In this document: positions 24,123-39,789 of the stretch, one piece after another
Layout: each line of letters begins with the position of its first letter
Numbering within the stretch: position 1 is the stretch's first letter
NCBI GenBank assembly: GCA_951406725.2
Contig: OX597818.1
Location: forward strand, 72,478,001 to 72,542,000
Length of the DNA: 64,000 nt
Origin: Octopus vulgaris
Lineage: Eukaryota
Direction of reading: 5' to 3'
Notes under the pieces: model-generated
What the model was told of the DNA's origin: nothing
The model's input: the letters and a program-made list of their open reading frames with translations, nothing else
Database searches by the model: none
Program-made: the position numbers and the translations under genes

Positions 24123-26612
24123 CCTTTTGTCTACTGTACATGACTTGAGGAAGGGTCAGATCTATAAAGACTATTTACGTCTATTTGATGATGTTAAGAT
24201 GTATGGAAACGTTTAATGTAAAGTACAAAAAAACGACTCATATTCCATTCAATGTTGAAAATTTAGAATGCTATATATAAGCAGTTGAATTAGAAATAAC
24301 TGCGAAGAAAAGATGATACCTGCTCAACACCTTAATTCAGGAGAGTTGAACATCACTCTTTTAAAACGCTGACTAACAATCTACTGAGTTTTTAAACTGT
24401 GCTTGACAGTCAGGGACATTTGTCCACCGCTGTATCAAACCATGAATCATCAAATTATGGAAGAGATTAATAATTGATGTGAACTACAACCATAGACAAT
24501 AAATTAATACGCCACAGATATTTGCAAGGTTCATAGTTTTAATAATGACCGACAAAATATTTTTAATCAGGGAATGAGATTGGAAAGCGGATTAACTGTC
24601 ATGAAATGAGAATCGGAAAGATAATTTTGTGAAATTTCCAAGCCAAACGAGCAAAGAACATTTGCTGTGTTGGGCCTGAAGCTCATTGAGAATTGTTCAC
24701 GTAGTTAATTTCAAGTGATAAAGCATGCTGAATAGAGCCCATGGGATTAATTAAATTAAAATTCAAGTTACGCGAAGAAAACTAAAGTGATTCATAGGAC
24801 AATGGTAAAAGTTAGAGGAATATGAAACAAAAATAATTACAGATGTGCGTGTATGTTTGTGAATATTTATTTATGTCGTATGTGTTCATGTATGTATGAT
24901 GTCTATCTATCTATCTATCTATCTATACATACATACATACATACATACATACATACATACATACATACATACATACATACATACATACATACATACATAC
25001 ATACATACACAAATTCTATATATATACTTTAGGTAGATAGAAAATCTGTGGGCACCATGTAAATTCTGAATAATTTATGCAGAAATTCTTACCCTAATCC
25101 AAACGACGGAATTTCAAGAACATAACAAATAAAAGAAAGAAAAATACTAAAAATATAAAATAAGAAATTAGACCTCATTCTTGGAATTCATATTTCAACA
25201 AACAATTACTGTGGAATAATACCATAGTTCAGGTCGTCTATTCGGAAGATTTTATCAACTATACCCTCGCGAATATGTTTGGTCATTTGCTATTGTTAAA
25301 ATAATAATTAGAGTGACGTACATCTAATCAAAAGCTGCTAGTAATCAGTCAGTTTCCGGATGATAAACTGCAGAGCTTCGGACTAATTGCATAGACTTCT
25401 TTGTTTGCATTTTGTTAGTGACTTTGAAAAGAATACCCAAGGTGTATCGTTTGCAGAGACAATGTCAACTCCGTTGCAAATTTCGGTCTTGATTTGACAC
25501 AGTGAATAACAAATCAACATACCAAGCAAACAATGAATGGATCGATACGATTGACCAACCTCCTTGATATAGCAACGCAATATTCCTTAGATCATGAGCT
25601 CCATCTTAAAATTATATGGAGATCTTAGATATTCTTATCTTCTCTACGGCCCCTAAATTGACGTCGGGATTACGGACAAAATGCTGTAACCAACTCTTAC
25701 GTGATTTTTAGAGGCTCAGGATACTTTTGCCAGCTAAATCAGGTCAAATCTTGGGTGAAACAACAATAATAACAAAAACAACCACCTTAGAATAATAACA
25801 ACAATGATAAACACACAGCAGCATGTAATGTTAGTTCTGCTAGAAATTCAACCATCTTAAAAAAAAACTAAAGATAAGCTGGATAATGTCATAAAACATA
25901 CGTTATATGAAAAACGTTCCTGACATACACAATTGAAATGCCACTCGCCTAGGATTACAGAACAACAACTAAAGCATCAACATATCAAATAAAGATGAGT
26001 AGAAAAAAGTTCTGAAATGTAATCAAAATATATATTACATATGTTCGTTTACATTATCTATTTAGCGGAATTGAGATATTATTTGCAATATACATACCTT
26101 TTTAAAAGTTACTAAGTTTTGGAAGTTAACTGATTATGATTAACAATAACGTGGCTACCTCAGAGGAAGCTTGCTACCTACTAAAACAAAAATAGGGTTT
26201 CATTGATGTGATGCGATGTGAGGAAAAAATGTTCAGCTGAAACTGTACAGTAATTAACAGACATATATTCCTCTTTGGAGCTGTTAGAAACTTAAAGCTA
26301 AAAATCAAGATAAGTCAATTAATATCAGCTGATTGAAGTATTTTCTAAATATACACGATGTTTATGTAAATCCCAAAGGATCAAAAGGATAGACGTTTCG
26401 ATATATTTAGTCTTGTCAGCGATATAATTTCTACTCAATTTTAAAGTATAAGTGTGTGTGCCTGTGTGTGTATATCATCAATGTGTGTGTGCGTGTGTGT
26501 TATGTATGTATGTGTGTCATGTATGTGTGTGTCTTGTATGTGTGTGTGTCTTGTATGTGTGTGTCTTGTACGTGTGTGTAGTGTATGTGTATATATCTAT
26601 CTATCTATCTAA

Positions 26613-26684
<72 letters not shown>

Positions 26685-26749
26685 ATGTACATGCATTCAT
26701 ATATATGTGCGTTTGTGCATGTGTATGTGTGTGTGTGTTAATCTTTTAT

Positions 26750-27395
26750 TTTGTACTTGTTTCCTTCGTTAGACTCTGGCCATGCTGGGTACTCTCTTGA
26801 AGAGTTTAGTCAAACAAATCGACTACACTATTTATTTCTTTTAATCTGATACTACATTCTATCGGCCACTTGTGCCGATCCCTTAAGTTACAAGAACGCA
26901 AACAAATCAACTGCGCTTTTCAAGGAGTATGGAAGACAGATTCAAACTCAAAGTCATATTGACATAAATACATACATGCATATGTACATACATAATACAT
27001 ACATACATACATACACACATACATACATACATACATACATACATACATACATGCATGCATACATACATACATACATACATACATACATGCATACATACAT
27101 ACATACATACATACATACATGCATGCATACATACATACATACATACATACATACATACATACATGCATACATACATACATACATACAGACATGCATACAT
27201 ACATACATACATAAGCATATAAGCATACGGTGGGCTTCTGCATATTTTCCGTCTATCAAATTCACTCATAAAGAATTGGTCGACCTGAGACACAATAGAA
27301 GGCACTTACACAAAGTACCATGCATTGTAACCGAAACTGAAACCATGTGGCTGCAAAGTGAGCATTTTCCCTACAGAGCCATGTCTGCAACTATA
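26750..27395 (-). mobile_element. SINE with expanded internal (TACA)n
   Basis: Homologous to 17968-18370 on the minus strand. Confidence 0.7.
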
Positions 27396-27555
27396 TTATA
27401 ACAAATGTTAATAGTCTAATCTGCGTTTCACACTAGGTTTACTCAATTTAAGCTCACATTGTCAATATTTGATATAAAAGACATAGTTATCCACTCTAAC
27501 CATCGTATTATTTTAAATGTCAGATATTCAACCTTCCTGCGTTCCCTATTTTTCT

Positions 27556-27674
27556 GTGAATACTGAAGAGGTGCAATATTACCGAAACACATGCTACATT
27601 TATCAGTTAATTTCAGAAATTAACTGATAAATGTAGCATGTGTTTCGGTAATATTGCACCTCTTCAGTATTCAC
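27556..27674. repeat. Perfect palindrome, 59-bp arms with 1-nt spacer
   Basis: gtgaatactgaagagg...ttaatttc-a-gaaattaa...cctcttcagtattcac; each arm holds CTGAAGA-ggt..acc-GAAA-C-acat-G. Confidence 0.92.
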
Positions 27675-28300
27675 TTTCCTGCTTTCAACCTGTGTATAAT
27701 TTGAATTGAAGATTTGCTGTCGCTGGACGTATTTGGTATCTATTTTTAGCATATAGGTATAATAGCTTCTGTGCCCTTAAGTATAATTGTATCCTATTCA
27801 ATTATATATCTCTATGAATGTATTTTACCACCAAGCTTATTTTTTTATATGCTAGATACTAATACAATTCATTAATTTCAATAATTTTATGCTTCAATTA
27901 TATTTAAATGTATCCCATTTACGTCGGGACAGTTTATTTACTTCTGTACTATTCTGAGTGAATATACACCTGTTGAGTTGGACTACAAAATTCGATGCGT
28001 ATATATTTGAGAATATTTGTATGTACTCGCACTTTGTGCGTGCTTTTCCGTGGATATATATAACTATTTTCATTTATTTCACTCAGTATGTTCTGCTGAT
28101 GAAGGAAATGTTATTAAACTAATCCAGATATTGGTCAATCCCAAACTATCTGAATTATTTTATTAATTTGTGGTCAGTTCACTTTCCCACTTTAAATCTA
28201 TGTATAATGTGAAGACTTGCAGTGACTGGACGTATTTGGCGTCTATTTTCAGCATATAGGGAATGGTAGCTTCTATGTCCTTCAGTATAATTTTATACTA
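27670..28300 (+). mobile_element. Old partial-tandem element (period ~508 bp) ending in (TA)n
   Basis: Diverged direct repeats ~27670-27790 and ~28178-28292; decayed CTGATGA at 28096. Confidence 0.6.
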
Positions 28301-28304
28301 TACG

Positions 28305-28361
<57 letters not shown>

Positions 28362-28382
28362 CATACATATATATATATATAT

Positions 28383-28427
<45 letters not shown>

Positions 28428-28469
28428 CATATATACATACATACATACATACATACATACATACATACA

Positions 28470-28505
<36 letters not shown>

Positions 28506-29605
28506 TATATACATATATATATATATTCGTTTTGCAAGATTCTTGATGTGAAATCCCGTGTTCAAACAGATATTATTGTATTTGGGGATCGTCAGATGGT
28601 CATGTTGCCAATTTAGCCAATAAAACACACGCACTATATATTTGGTGTTAATTTCCTTCAGCTTTATTTTATTCTATATATTCATTTATTCATTTAAAAT
28701 TTTTTTTATCATTTACATTAATCGTATTTCGGTCGAAATACGATTAATGTAAAAAATGAAATAAAGCTGAAGCAAGTGAACAGCAAATATATAGTGCATG
28801 TGTTTTTTTTATTGGCTAAACTGGCAACATGACTATCCCCAAATGCAACAATATATAAATATATATATATAATATATATACATATGTTTACATATACATA
28901 AACATATGAACGCATTCATACACATATATATAGGTGCACATGCACACGCGCGCGCATACATACACATATATGTGTGTGTGTGTGTGCGTGCTTGTGAGTG
29001 CGTGCATGTATGCAAGTTTGATTCGCCTACGTGTGTGTGTATGTATGTATATATATATATTATATCTATCTGTCTATTTATCTCTCTATCTGTCTGACTG
29101 CCTGCCTGTCTGTCTGTCTGTATGCATGCATGTATGTATCTGGAATGCTGAAGGAGTGGGAATATAAACGCTGTTTATATTTCTGGACAGTATCAGTTGT
29201 TCCAGCGGTACAGTAATAACATATTTCCAAAATATTATTCACTAGTATTTTATAAATGTTTTACAATTACAAACTTGTATTCTTTATTGTTTTCACGATA
29301 ACATATTCTATAAACGCACCTCTCTCCTCAATCGTTATTAAGTAACGTCTTGCTCCTAAACTTCGAAGTTTTGCTCTGAAATCGAAACACTTTTTCGTAA
29401 AGTTTTTGGTTTTAATACTTAACTGCCTTTTCTTTTTCATTGGGTATATTGGTGCTAAAACTGAATAAATGGCTTTCCTTATATAAACGGGCTGCCCGTT
29501 GCAATTTACAGAGAACCTATAATTCGTTGAAGCGTATGCTTACTCGTGGATTACATACTTACGTTTATTCAACATAGAATGATACATACATGCACCACAC
29601 CCATA

Positions 29606-29665
<60 letters not shown>

Positions 29666-29769
29666 CAAGGAAAAATTATAAAAAGGCAGAATGCTAAATT
29701 TAAGGAAAATTTTAATGAAAATGGGTGTATGGAAAAATTAGAAAAATTAATAAAATATATATATATATT

Positions 29770-29811
29770 AATTCAAACCGGTTTTCGTCACAACGTGACT
29801 TTTCAAGAATT
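29770..29811 (-). ncRNA. Minimal hammerhead with compensatory U3-A8 core, loop III CCGG
   Basis: Minus strand: aattc-TTGAAAA-gtcac-gtt-gtgac-GAAA-a-ccgg-t-TT-gaatt. Confidence 0.72.
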
Positions 29812-30570
29812 GTAAGGTGAAAAGAAAAAAATTGTTTATGTTTCAGGAGGGGGAAAAAAGAAAATTACATAGTCTTTTGCAAAAAAATAATAATAAACAT
29901 ATACAAAAATTAAAAAATAGGTCCACCGATACTTTGTAAAGTCTTTGTGTATCTCGAGTTCAATGATAGTTCTTGGAAACATTACCTTGGAGGATTGAGA
30001 TCCATGTGATTACATCCATGTGCTGTTTAATTTAATTAAGGATGTCTGTTAAGTGAATGTTAAAACAGGAAGTAGTTGTTCAGGCAGACAACTCTGTGGG
30101 TTTTAAGACCTTCAATTTGAGTTTATCAATTTTTTGTAATAAAGGGTGTTAATAAACCTTAAATTATAACATTATCATTTTAGCTTCATTTGCTTTATCT
30201 TTTTTTATTTTTTTATATAATTGTTTGCTAACTTAACATTCAGATTTTAACACTTTATTTATATTGTTTTCTAATTATATAAGTTTACATAAACCAATTT
30301 ATAATTACATTTCAGATTGTTATGTCATATATAATAAAAATAAAAATAATAATAATAACATAATAATAATGATAAATAAAGAATATAAGTTTGAGCTTGA
30401 AGTGATGACTGTATGGTATCCTTATATATTTGTATTAGTCCATCCATGAAGAATGAGGTAGAAAAAAGAAGTATGATCAACATCAACGAGGAGTTTGCAT
30501 ATTAAGATATCATACATATATACATATATATATATGTGTGTGTGTATGTATGTATGTATGTATACATATA

Positions 30571-30638
<68 letters not shown>

Positions 30639-30804
30639 CGTGTGTGTGTGTGTCTGTGCGTGTGTGTGTTAAAATATATTTGTGACATCTTTCAACTGTT
30701 AGACAAATTCCCTGCAGATACTAACCTAAAGTTTGCTTATGCCGAAACACAGCTTGGTACTAATATATTGTTATTTTCCTGTTGTTTATATATATATATA
30801 GCAG

Positions 30805-32090
30805 CAGCATCTTCACCATCACCTTTGTTTAACGCTCGCTTTCCGTGCTGACATGGATTGGAGAGTTTGTTTGAGGACTGGCAGTCAGGAGGCTCCACCA
30901 GGCTCTAATCGGATCTGGCAAGGTTTGTACTGCTGATTGCCCTTCCTAACGCTAACCACTCCGAGCATGTAGCGTGTACTTTTTATGTGCCACTGGTATA
31001 GGTGCAAGTAAGGCGGTACTAGCATCGGCCACGACAACGATTTCATTTAAGTCAACATGTTTTCTCAAGCACAGTATATTTCCCGATGATTGAAGTGTAC
31101 TCTTAAACAGGCCGGTTATGCGACCCTAGCATAGGCACGGCTGCGATCTCACTTGTCTTGCTGAGTCTTCTCAAGCACAGCATATCTCCAAAGGTCTCAG
31201 TCACTTGTCATTGTCTCTGTGAGGCTCTACGTTCGAAGGTCGTGCTTCACGATCTTATCCTAGGTCTTCCTGGGTCTACATCTTCCACATGTTTCCTCTA
31301 CTGTTAGGGTATGGAACTTCTTCACACAGCTTTTGTCATCCATACGTAACACCATATCTGATGCTTCTTATGTCCAGGGCACTTACACTCTGTCATGTAT
31401 GCACACTGATATCACACATCCAGCGGAGCATATTAGCTTCATTTCTTTTAAGCCTACGCATGTCCTCAGCAATTATAGCCCATATTTCACTGCCGTCTAG
31501 CATGGCTGTTCACGCACATGCGTCATACAGTCTACCTTTCACTCTGAGCAAGAGGTCCTTTGTTACCAGCAGAAGAAGGAACTTTATTCATAATCTAGCG
31601 GCTACGCTCTCAGAGTATCCACCACAGCTACTGACTTGGTCACCTAGGTAACAGAAACTTCAGGTTTTTTTCCCTGGCATATGATAGAAGCTGTTTTCTG
31701 CACATTTTCAGTGATTATTACCCCTGCGCATCTGCCACACACAAAACCTATCTTCCCAGTTAAATTTCCTTTAATATTGGCAGCACCTCTTATGTGTCCA
31801 AAGCATACACTGAGTACATCTTATGGAATCTCTACGTACGCCTTTCTACAGAATGAGGAGGTCCATCTACCTGAAGGGATTTGTGATTTGTCAGCCCTCC
31901 CATTTACTAAGACTTTCGTTTTTGCTAGAATGACTCTAAAGCCCTTTGATTCTAAACCTTGCTTCGCCACCTGAAACTTCTCTAGTTCTGGTCGTGACTC
32001 AGCTATTAGAATAAGGTTATCAGTATAGAGGAGCTCCCAGAGGCATTCTGTTTTGAATTCCACTGTTATTGCCTGGAGAATTCTTCTGTT
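30805..32090 (-). mobile_element. 5'-truncated RTE-type LINE (end of RT and 3' UTR)
   Basis: [45 protein letters not shown] (decayed YADD region), Cys-rich insertion, (gat)-like tail near 30805-30820. Confidence 0.8.
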
Positions 32091-32099
32091 ATTGCCTCT

Positions 32100-32208
<109 letters not shown>

Positions 32209-32457
32209 TATATGCTGACATAAATGCTGCAGAGGTCGACTTTGCCTTTCATCCTATTCGAGGTCACTAAAATAAGTACCAGTTGAGCACTGGAATCGAT
32301 ATAATCGACTTATCCGCTCTTGCGAAATTGCTGTCCTAATGCCAAAATTTGAACCAATATTGTTATGTTGACGCTCAAAGAAAGAAAAAAATTATGAAGC
32401 AAAATGATGTAGTGAAAGCTGAAGGTTTAGAACTTAGTCCCTTGTTGTACATGAGGA

Positions 32458-32462
<5 letters not shown>

Positions 32463-32531
<69 letters not shown>

Positions 32532-32612
32532 AGAAGAAGAAGAAGAAGAAGAAGGAGAAGAAGAAGAAGAAGAAGAAGAAGAAGAAGAAAAAGGAGGAGG
32601 AGGAGGAGGAGA
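32463..32612. repeat. Compound (GA)n(GAA)n(GGA)n polypurine tract
   Basis: Direct reading. Confidence 0.95.
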
Positions 32613-34601
32613 GGAAAGGAAACACGTAAAGTTGGTAAGGAAAGAGAGAAGAGAACTAGAAACAAAAAGAAAAACTCAAGTACATTACTTCTCACGTTCT
32701 GACTAACTACAAGTGTGATTGGTAATTGTGCTTTTTAATAGCAAGTGTCTACCACGTATGAATGTGGGCGAGTATGGAGATGAATATGCGCGTGATGCTT
32801 ATGGTGTGTAGGAGTATATAATGTGTATGTGTATATATATTTACATGTGTATGTGTCCTTCAACGTGTATGTGAATGTGTAGAATCTATGCACAGTATAC
32901 GTATGTTGATCGTGGGAAAGCTTAAGTGTGTTTTCGTTTGCGTGTATTTGCGTGTGTCGAACAGTGCGTGGTAGTTGAGTGTGCATGAGAGGTTGCGTGT
33001 GCTGATGTGTGCCTATAGGTACTACAGGTAAGTAGTAGTCTGCTGGTAATTTCAAGACAGTTTCAGCCGAGAGGCTAAGTGCGTTTGTCTGTGTGTGTGT
33101 GTGTGCATTCATGTGTGCGTATATGTGTGTATGCGCATGTGTGTATATGCGAAGTATGAGTAATGCGTATGCGCATATGTAAGGGAGGTAGTGTTATATT
33201 CGTAGGATAGTCAGCATATTTGTGTTGTATGAATGTATATATGTGTACACGCGCATGTGACCCCTAATATTGGGGCAAATTTTTATATCGAACTTTTATT
33301 GGTTTATAATCATAGCCAAAATTAAGAATGCTCTGTACGCCACAAAGCTACTGGAGAGGGTTTTTTTGTTTTCATGTAATTTATCTAAAAGAATAGCGCT
33401 CAGGATCTCTAACCTCTATCCAAAGTACACAAGCGGGCATTTATCTCTGGAACGGATGATAAAAATGGCTTCCATAAATTTCACGATAACTGCTAGACCT
33501 TAGCGTATGAGGAGGAAGACAAGCGTACTGACCTGTCGTACATTACTCTGCTGTTGAAAAGAATGGAACCCGTGACCTTGAAGTTGTTTGTGGGTATCAT
33601 ATCAGCAAAAAACATGCACGCATTCAACAGAAGTTAAAGAATAAATCAAATTATCAGAAAATGAATGATAACTGAAGTGATTAGGTGAAGAATTAAAGAG
33701 TAACGGAGAGTAAAGATTGAAAAGGAGTATAAGAGAGTATTCATGAAGACATGAAGAAAGAGAGTATTTATATAACGAAGGAAATAGAAAACACAAGTTT
33801 ATTATTGGCTTAGAAAAATCTTCACCGAAATATCTTTTATAATATTTTTGCGGATAATAAACATGTAAGAAATTCCACGATGATTTGATTTCTAACTGAA
33901 TTTTATGTTTTTCTGCTACATATATTTTTTAAAATTACAAATGTTATTACTTGGTTTCTGATTGTATTTGATGTATAGCTATTGGATTTCTCGAAATTTG
34001 TATTTTTCTCCCATGTTTTGGTGATTCCTGATAATGTGGAGAGTTGACAATAAGTTCTCTTAGATAATATTCAAACCAATCCAACAGAATCTAGTTAAAA
34101 ATAAAATACAAGGCACAACTGATTTCGCTGTACTTCACTGATACTTCGAAGGAGAACTACATGATAAACGTACATCCGCAAACAAGGAGAGATATACACG
34201 TGCACAGAAGCGCGGGCGCGCACACACACACAGACACACAAATAAATACATGCACACAGACAGACGAACACACACATACACACGCACACACACATGCTTG
34301 TGCTTGCGTATAAATATGTATGTGTATTCGCTCTGTAGTTATTGAGGTTATACTTTTTATAAATGAGATTAAGGCCTTATAAAAAAGGGATTAAATAAAT
34401 ATCGATTATGTATACACAAAAGCTTAAACACAGGCAATAACAGTCAAATAAATACATACTTAAATACATGCGTGCATGCAAACATGCACACATACAATCC
34501 TATTAAATGCAAACTTATATGCATACATTATACATATATGTGTGTGCATATATTTCTGTTTGTGTGTGGGTACATAATACATATAACGTATATAAATATG
34601 T

Positions 34602-34657
<56 letters not shown>

Positions 34658-34744
34658 CATAATACATATAACGTATATAAATATGTTATATATATATATA
34701 TTTATTTATATATTGATAAAAATGGTATATATATATATATATAT

Positions 34745-35128
34745 GCACTGTGTGGTAAGTAGCTTGCTTACCAACCACATGCTTCCGGGTTAGGTCCCAC
34801 TGCGTGGCACCTTGCACAAATATCTTCTACTGTAGCTTCGAGCCGACCAAACCCTTGTGAGTGGATTTGGAAGGAGGAAACTGAAAGAAGCCCGTCGTAT
34901 ACGTATATATGTGTATGTGCATATGTTTGTGTGTCTGTGTTTGTCCCCCCACCATCACTTGACAACGGATGTTGGCGTCTTTACGTACTCGTAACATAGC
35001 GGTTCGACAAAAGTGATTGATAGAATAAGTGCTAGGTTTACAAAGAATAAGTCCTGGAGTCAATTTGCTCGACAAGAGGCGGTGCTCCTGCATGGCCGCA
35101 GTCAAATGATAGAGACAAATAAAAGAAT
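34745..35128 (+). mobile_element. SINE (family of 17968-18370)
   Basis: ctgtgtggtaagtagcttgcttaccaaccacatg...aaataaaagaata. Confidence 0.85.
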
Positions 35129-35254
35129 ATATATAGAGAGATAGATAGACAGATAGATTAATATAGATACAAACATATATACAGAACCATAAATGAGAGT
35201 ATATATATATACATATATATGTAGGTACACGCACACACACACATATATATATGC

Positions 35255-35295
<41 letters not shown>

Positions 35296-36302
35296 AGTAT
35301 ATATATATATGCATATCTGTATATGCAGGCCCATAGAGAGGATGACCGATATCAAGACATTAATTCTTATTAACATTGTTGCTTTGTGTATATCCTTCAT
35401 TTTGTTAATTACTTTTTTTGCATTCTTTAATAATATAACACATTCAGTTTTATACAAAAATCTGAAAACGTCTTGAGATGTTTATAGTCAAAAGCAGTTG
35501 CTTGCAGAATAGCTGATAACATTTATTTCCTTCCATGTTTGTATTGATTTACTTAAAATGAAAAAAGAAAAAAATTTCTATTATTTATTGAAAATATTGT
35601 ACAAAATATTTTTTTAAGATTTAGAAACGCAACGATAAAACTAGGAGAAAAGTAAAAAAACAAAAAAGAAAAAAAAAAAAGTAGCCATTAACAAAACATG
35701 ATTGTGTTTCGGTTCTGTCCTGGTTTTCTATTTCCAGTCGGTTAGGAAATTGGGTTTGTGTTTCGTGTCACATTATAAGATGTAAGGCCAGAGATAAGGA
35801 GTAATTTATAATCAAATATGACGTGCTTTGTTTCCTTAATTAAATGAGAGAAATAAAATGTAAATCGCGCCTACGCAGACAAACTCGCGTGGACAAATGA
35901 ACAGACATAGATATACATACATTCAGGGACAAGTACAAAAATAAAGGAAAAGACATTTATGATTTGTGTCTGTATATACGGTGGTCCTTACAGAAATGTT
36001 TATACATGTAGACATATGTGTGTATACAAGTATGCAACTACGTATGCATGTATGCAGTATGCATGCATGCATTTGTATATGTATGTATATATATGTATTT
36101 AAGCTTGCATGCTTGTATACCTATATGTATTTTAGTGGAGACGTATGCATGACGATATCGCTCTATAAAATAGCAATCTAAAAAAGATACGGATGTGTGT
36201 GTGTATATGTGTGTATGTATGCATATATGTGTGTGTATAGGTATGTAATTATATAAGTCTATGAATGTACATATACATATACACATGCATTTATATGTAT
36301 AC

Positions 36303-36432
36303 GTTGCTGTGTGCTAAGAAGCTTGATTTCCAACCCCATGGTTCCATGTTCCGTTCCACTGCGGGGTACCTTGGCCAACTATAGCCTACGGCCGCCCAAA
36401 GCCTTACGAGTGGATTTAGTAGACGGAAACTA
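36303..36432 (+). mobile_element. SINE 5' fragment
   Basis: gctgtgtgctaagaagcttgatttccaacccc...ggatttagtagacggaaact. Confidence 0.7.
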
Positions 36433-36795
36433 TACACACACATATGTCGAAAGACGCCTGTTTGTGACGTCCTGTTTTTGTTATTATTATTATCATTATT
36501 GTTTTTACGTATTATTATTATTGTTTTTACGTATTTTTGTATTCATATCCGTATAACATCGTCCGTTTTCCGTCTTTGTTTTGTATACATTCAAGGCTTT
36601 CTTCCAAGGAATCTAATGCGCTTAGCTTAGATTTTCCTTAGGGATGGCCAAATCGGAGCAATCTCAAGATTAATCAGCCGAAATTGCGAGGATGATCCGG
36701 TTCTTGACTGAAGATTGAAGGCTTCGAATGTCCCGTCCATGTTTTTTATATCGTCTTCTAAATGTTTTGTGTTTTTGTCCCAGTTTGTATTTTTT

Positions 36796-36838
<43 letters not shown>

Positions 36839-36967
36839 CGGCGTACGTACTATTTGTCTTATATGTAAATATATATATACGTATATATATTTATATACAT
36901 ATATATATATATACATACATGTCTATATATATATATTTATATACATATATATATATACATACATGTC

Positions 36968-36998
<31 letters not shown>

Positions 36999-37733
36999 AT
37001 ATGAGAAGTACACGTAAGCCTATGCTATCGTAATGCAACAGTATTAAAAAAAGCCTTAGAGTGCCTTTAGTAAATTAGAAGAGGTACACCAAGGGAAGAT
37101 AAAAGAGGCTAAATCGGCTTAGCAGGAACGGACTTCATATAAGCAAACACGCCATATGGATATATGTATGCGCGTGTGCATATGTGTGCATGAATGTATG
37201 CGTTTGTACTTAGGTTTGTTAAGTGCAATAGAGCAAATCCCCTTCCTTTGGCCTTGTTTTGTTAGACAAATTTAACCGGCGAAACTATATATATGTATAT
37301 GAATTTGTGTTGCAAGTGCCCTGATGTGAAACCGCGTGTTGACAAATATTGTTATAGTTCGAGACGGTCATTTGTGTGTGTGTGCGGCAATTAAACACAC
37401 ACACACACTACATATTTGTTCTTCATTCGTTTATTATTATTATTATTTTACCTTATATCCATTGGCCGGAAATCTTTCGCCACACATCTGTGACCTCTTC
37501 AGTGAACATTTCCGTCCACGCGTATCATCCTGCTCCGCTTAGTCCATTCTTAGGAGGATACACACGAACGAAAAAGGTCGCTGAATAGGTCACAGTTGAG
37601 AAGATTTCCTCATGATGGACATAAAATAAGATAAGAACAGTAATAAACAAGAGAAGAACGAATATATTGTGCGTGTGTCAATTTGATCAAAAGAAAGAAA
37701 AAGAATGACCATCCGGAAATACATGTATATATA

Positions 37734-37795
<62 letters not shown>

Positions 37796-38350
37796 TGTGT
37801 GTGTGTATGTGTGTGAGTGTATGAGTGTGTGTATACATGCATACATACATACATGCTTACCTACATATATGTATATAAAATAATTAGGGTAGAAATTGAT
37901 TTACGAAACCAATGTTCTCTAACCGGTTAATTAGATGCGGTAATTTATTATCTGCAGAGTTATTGACAGTCTTAGCGCGCCAAAATGAAGACGTTTGAAA
38001 ATATAATTTGCAGACTTGTATGTGCGTTTTCTTTCGGGTGAACGGTTCTGCGTATAGTTCTGTGAAATATGTTTGCAACGCAACAGTCTACGCTGAAGAG
38101 TTGCAGATATTTGCATTTTGCATTATGCAAGTGTTAGCAATGAAATCATGATACGTAGGTAATCATTTTATTTTGTATATTTTCATTTGCCTGCTAATTT
38201 TTGCATTCTAGCAGTTTTATGGAGATTTTTCTTGAGAACACACTCGTCGTGGTAAGGCGTTCTGACGTCTATCTTTAGAATATTAGGAATCCACTTTAGT
38301 GGTCATTCCTCTTACTAATATCTATATCTATCTATATCTATGTATATCTA

Positions 38351-38425
<75 letters not shown>

Positions 38426-38532
38426 AGAAATGGTGCTCCAGCAAGGCTGCAGTCAAATGACTGAAATACAAAAAGTATACATATATATGGTATATGTGTG
38501 TGTGTGTGTTGTGTATATGTATGTGTGTGTAT

Positions 38533-38581
<49 letters not shown>

Positions 38582-39220
38582 AGAGAGAAGGGGATAAGAG
38601 AGAAATTATTGGTAGATAAATCGACAAATGCATAAATAGGTGAGCGGACAGTTACATTGAGTTGGTAGAAATAGGTGCACAGCTAAGATCATCGGAGTGT
38701 AAAATTCTCTTTAATGTTACAGCTTGAATCAATCGTTTAGTTACAAAAGAAGTAAAGCAAGACATGCAAGAACACGCTATGGAAATCCACATTGTTGTTC
38801 GTGCGCGAGAATTTCGTTCACACCGCTGCATACACAAATTATATTCTCATAAACACATGAACGGTCTACATTCTCACTAAGGTTAAATGGATAATATTTA
38901 GCTTTTACATGTTACAGTAATTAGACTGCGGTCAGGCTGGAGCATCTCTTTCAACGATTTAGTAGAATAAATCCATCTCAGTAAGTTTGTATCCTTGAAG
39001 CCAGGTAGTTGCTCTATCGATGGCTTAATGCTGAACTTCTATGTTTTCGGGTTCTTAAACCATCACAGGAATAGCGGGATTTCAAGCAAAAACACAAAGA
39101 ACAGTCGGGGTACAAACATAAAGATACAATTATGTATACACACACACACATATATATATACACAGGCGCACACATTAAGAGATGGAAGGTAGCGTTTCGG
39201 GTATTCGTTATGGATGATTT

Positions 39221-39335
<115 letters not shown>

Positions 39336-39789
39336 GGAAGAAATATTTATTTTTTCAACGCGTAAGTACTGATAGAACAGCAAATATAGGATATAGTCCT
39401 TACAGAGCAGAAACATCTGTCAGCAACCAGCCATGAGACTCGAACTAACATCACTTCAATTTCCAGTCAAAGTGCTTTACTATGTAAGCTAAACTGCTTT
39501 ACTGACAAATTCTTCTGCAATTTAGAAATTATAAACTCATATAAAAAAGTTAGATGGAATAGAAAATACGTCATATGTAAACAAACATAAGTTTGGTTTT
39601 GAAGCGCTGATATGTATTGTGGTACATGTAGAAAGATATATTTTTTCAACTCGTAAGTACTGTTAGGACAGCATATATAGGTTAAAATCCTTACAGAGTA
39701 GAAAAATCTATCTGCAACCAGCAATGAGACTCAAACTTCAATACATTTCAGCGCTTCAAAAATAAACTTATGTTTGTTTACATATGACG

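Noticed and set aside
39424-39498. Functional tRNA gene (anticodon GGA)
   Set aside because: Mismatches in the acceptor and T stems, short variable arm inconsistent with Ser, and embedded in a repeat
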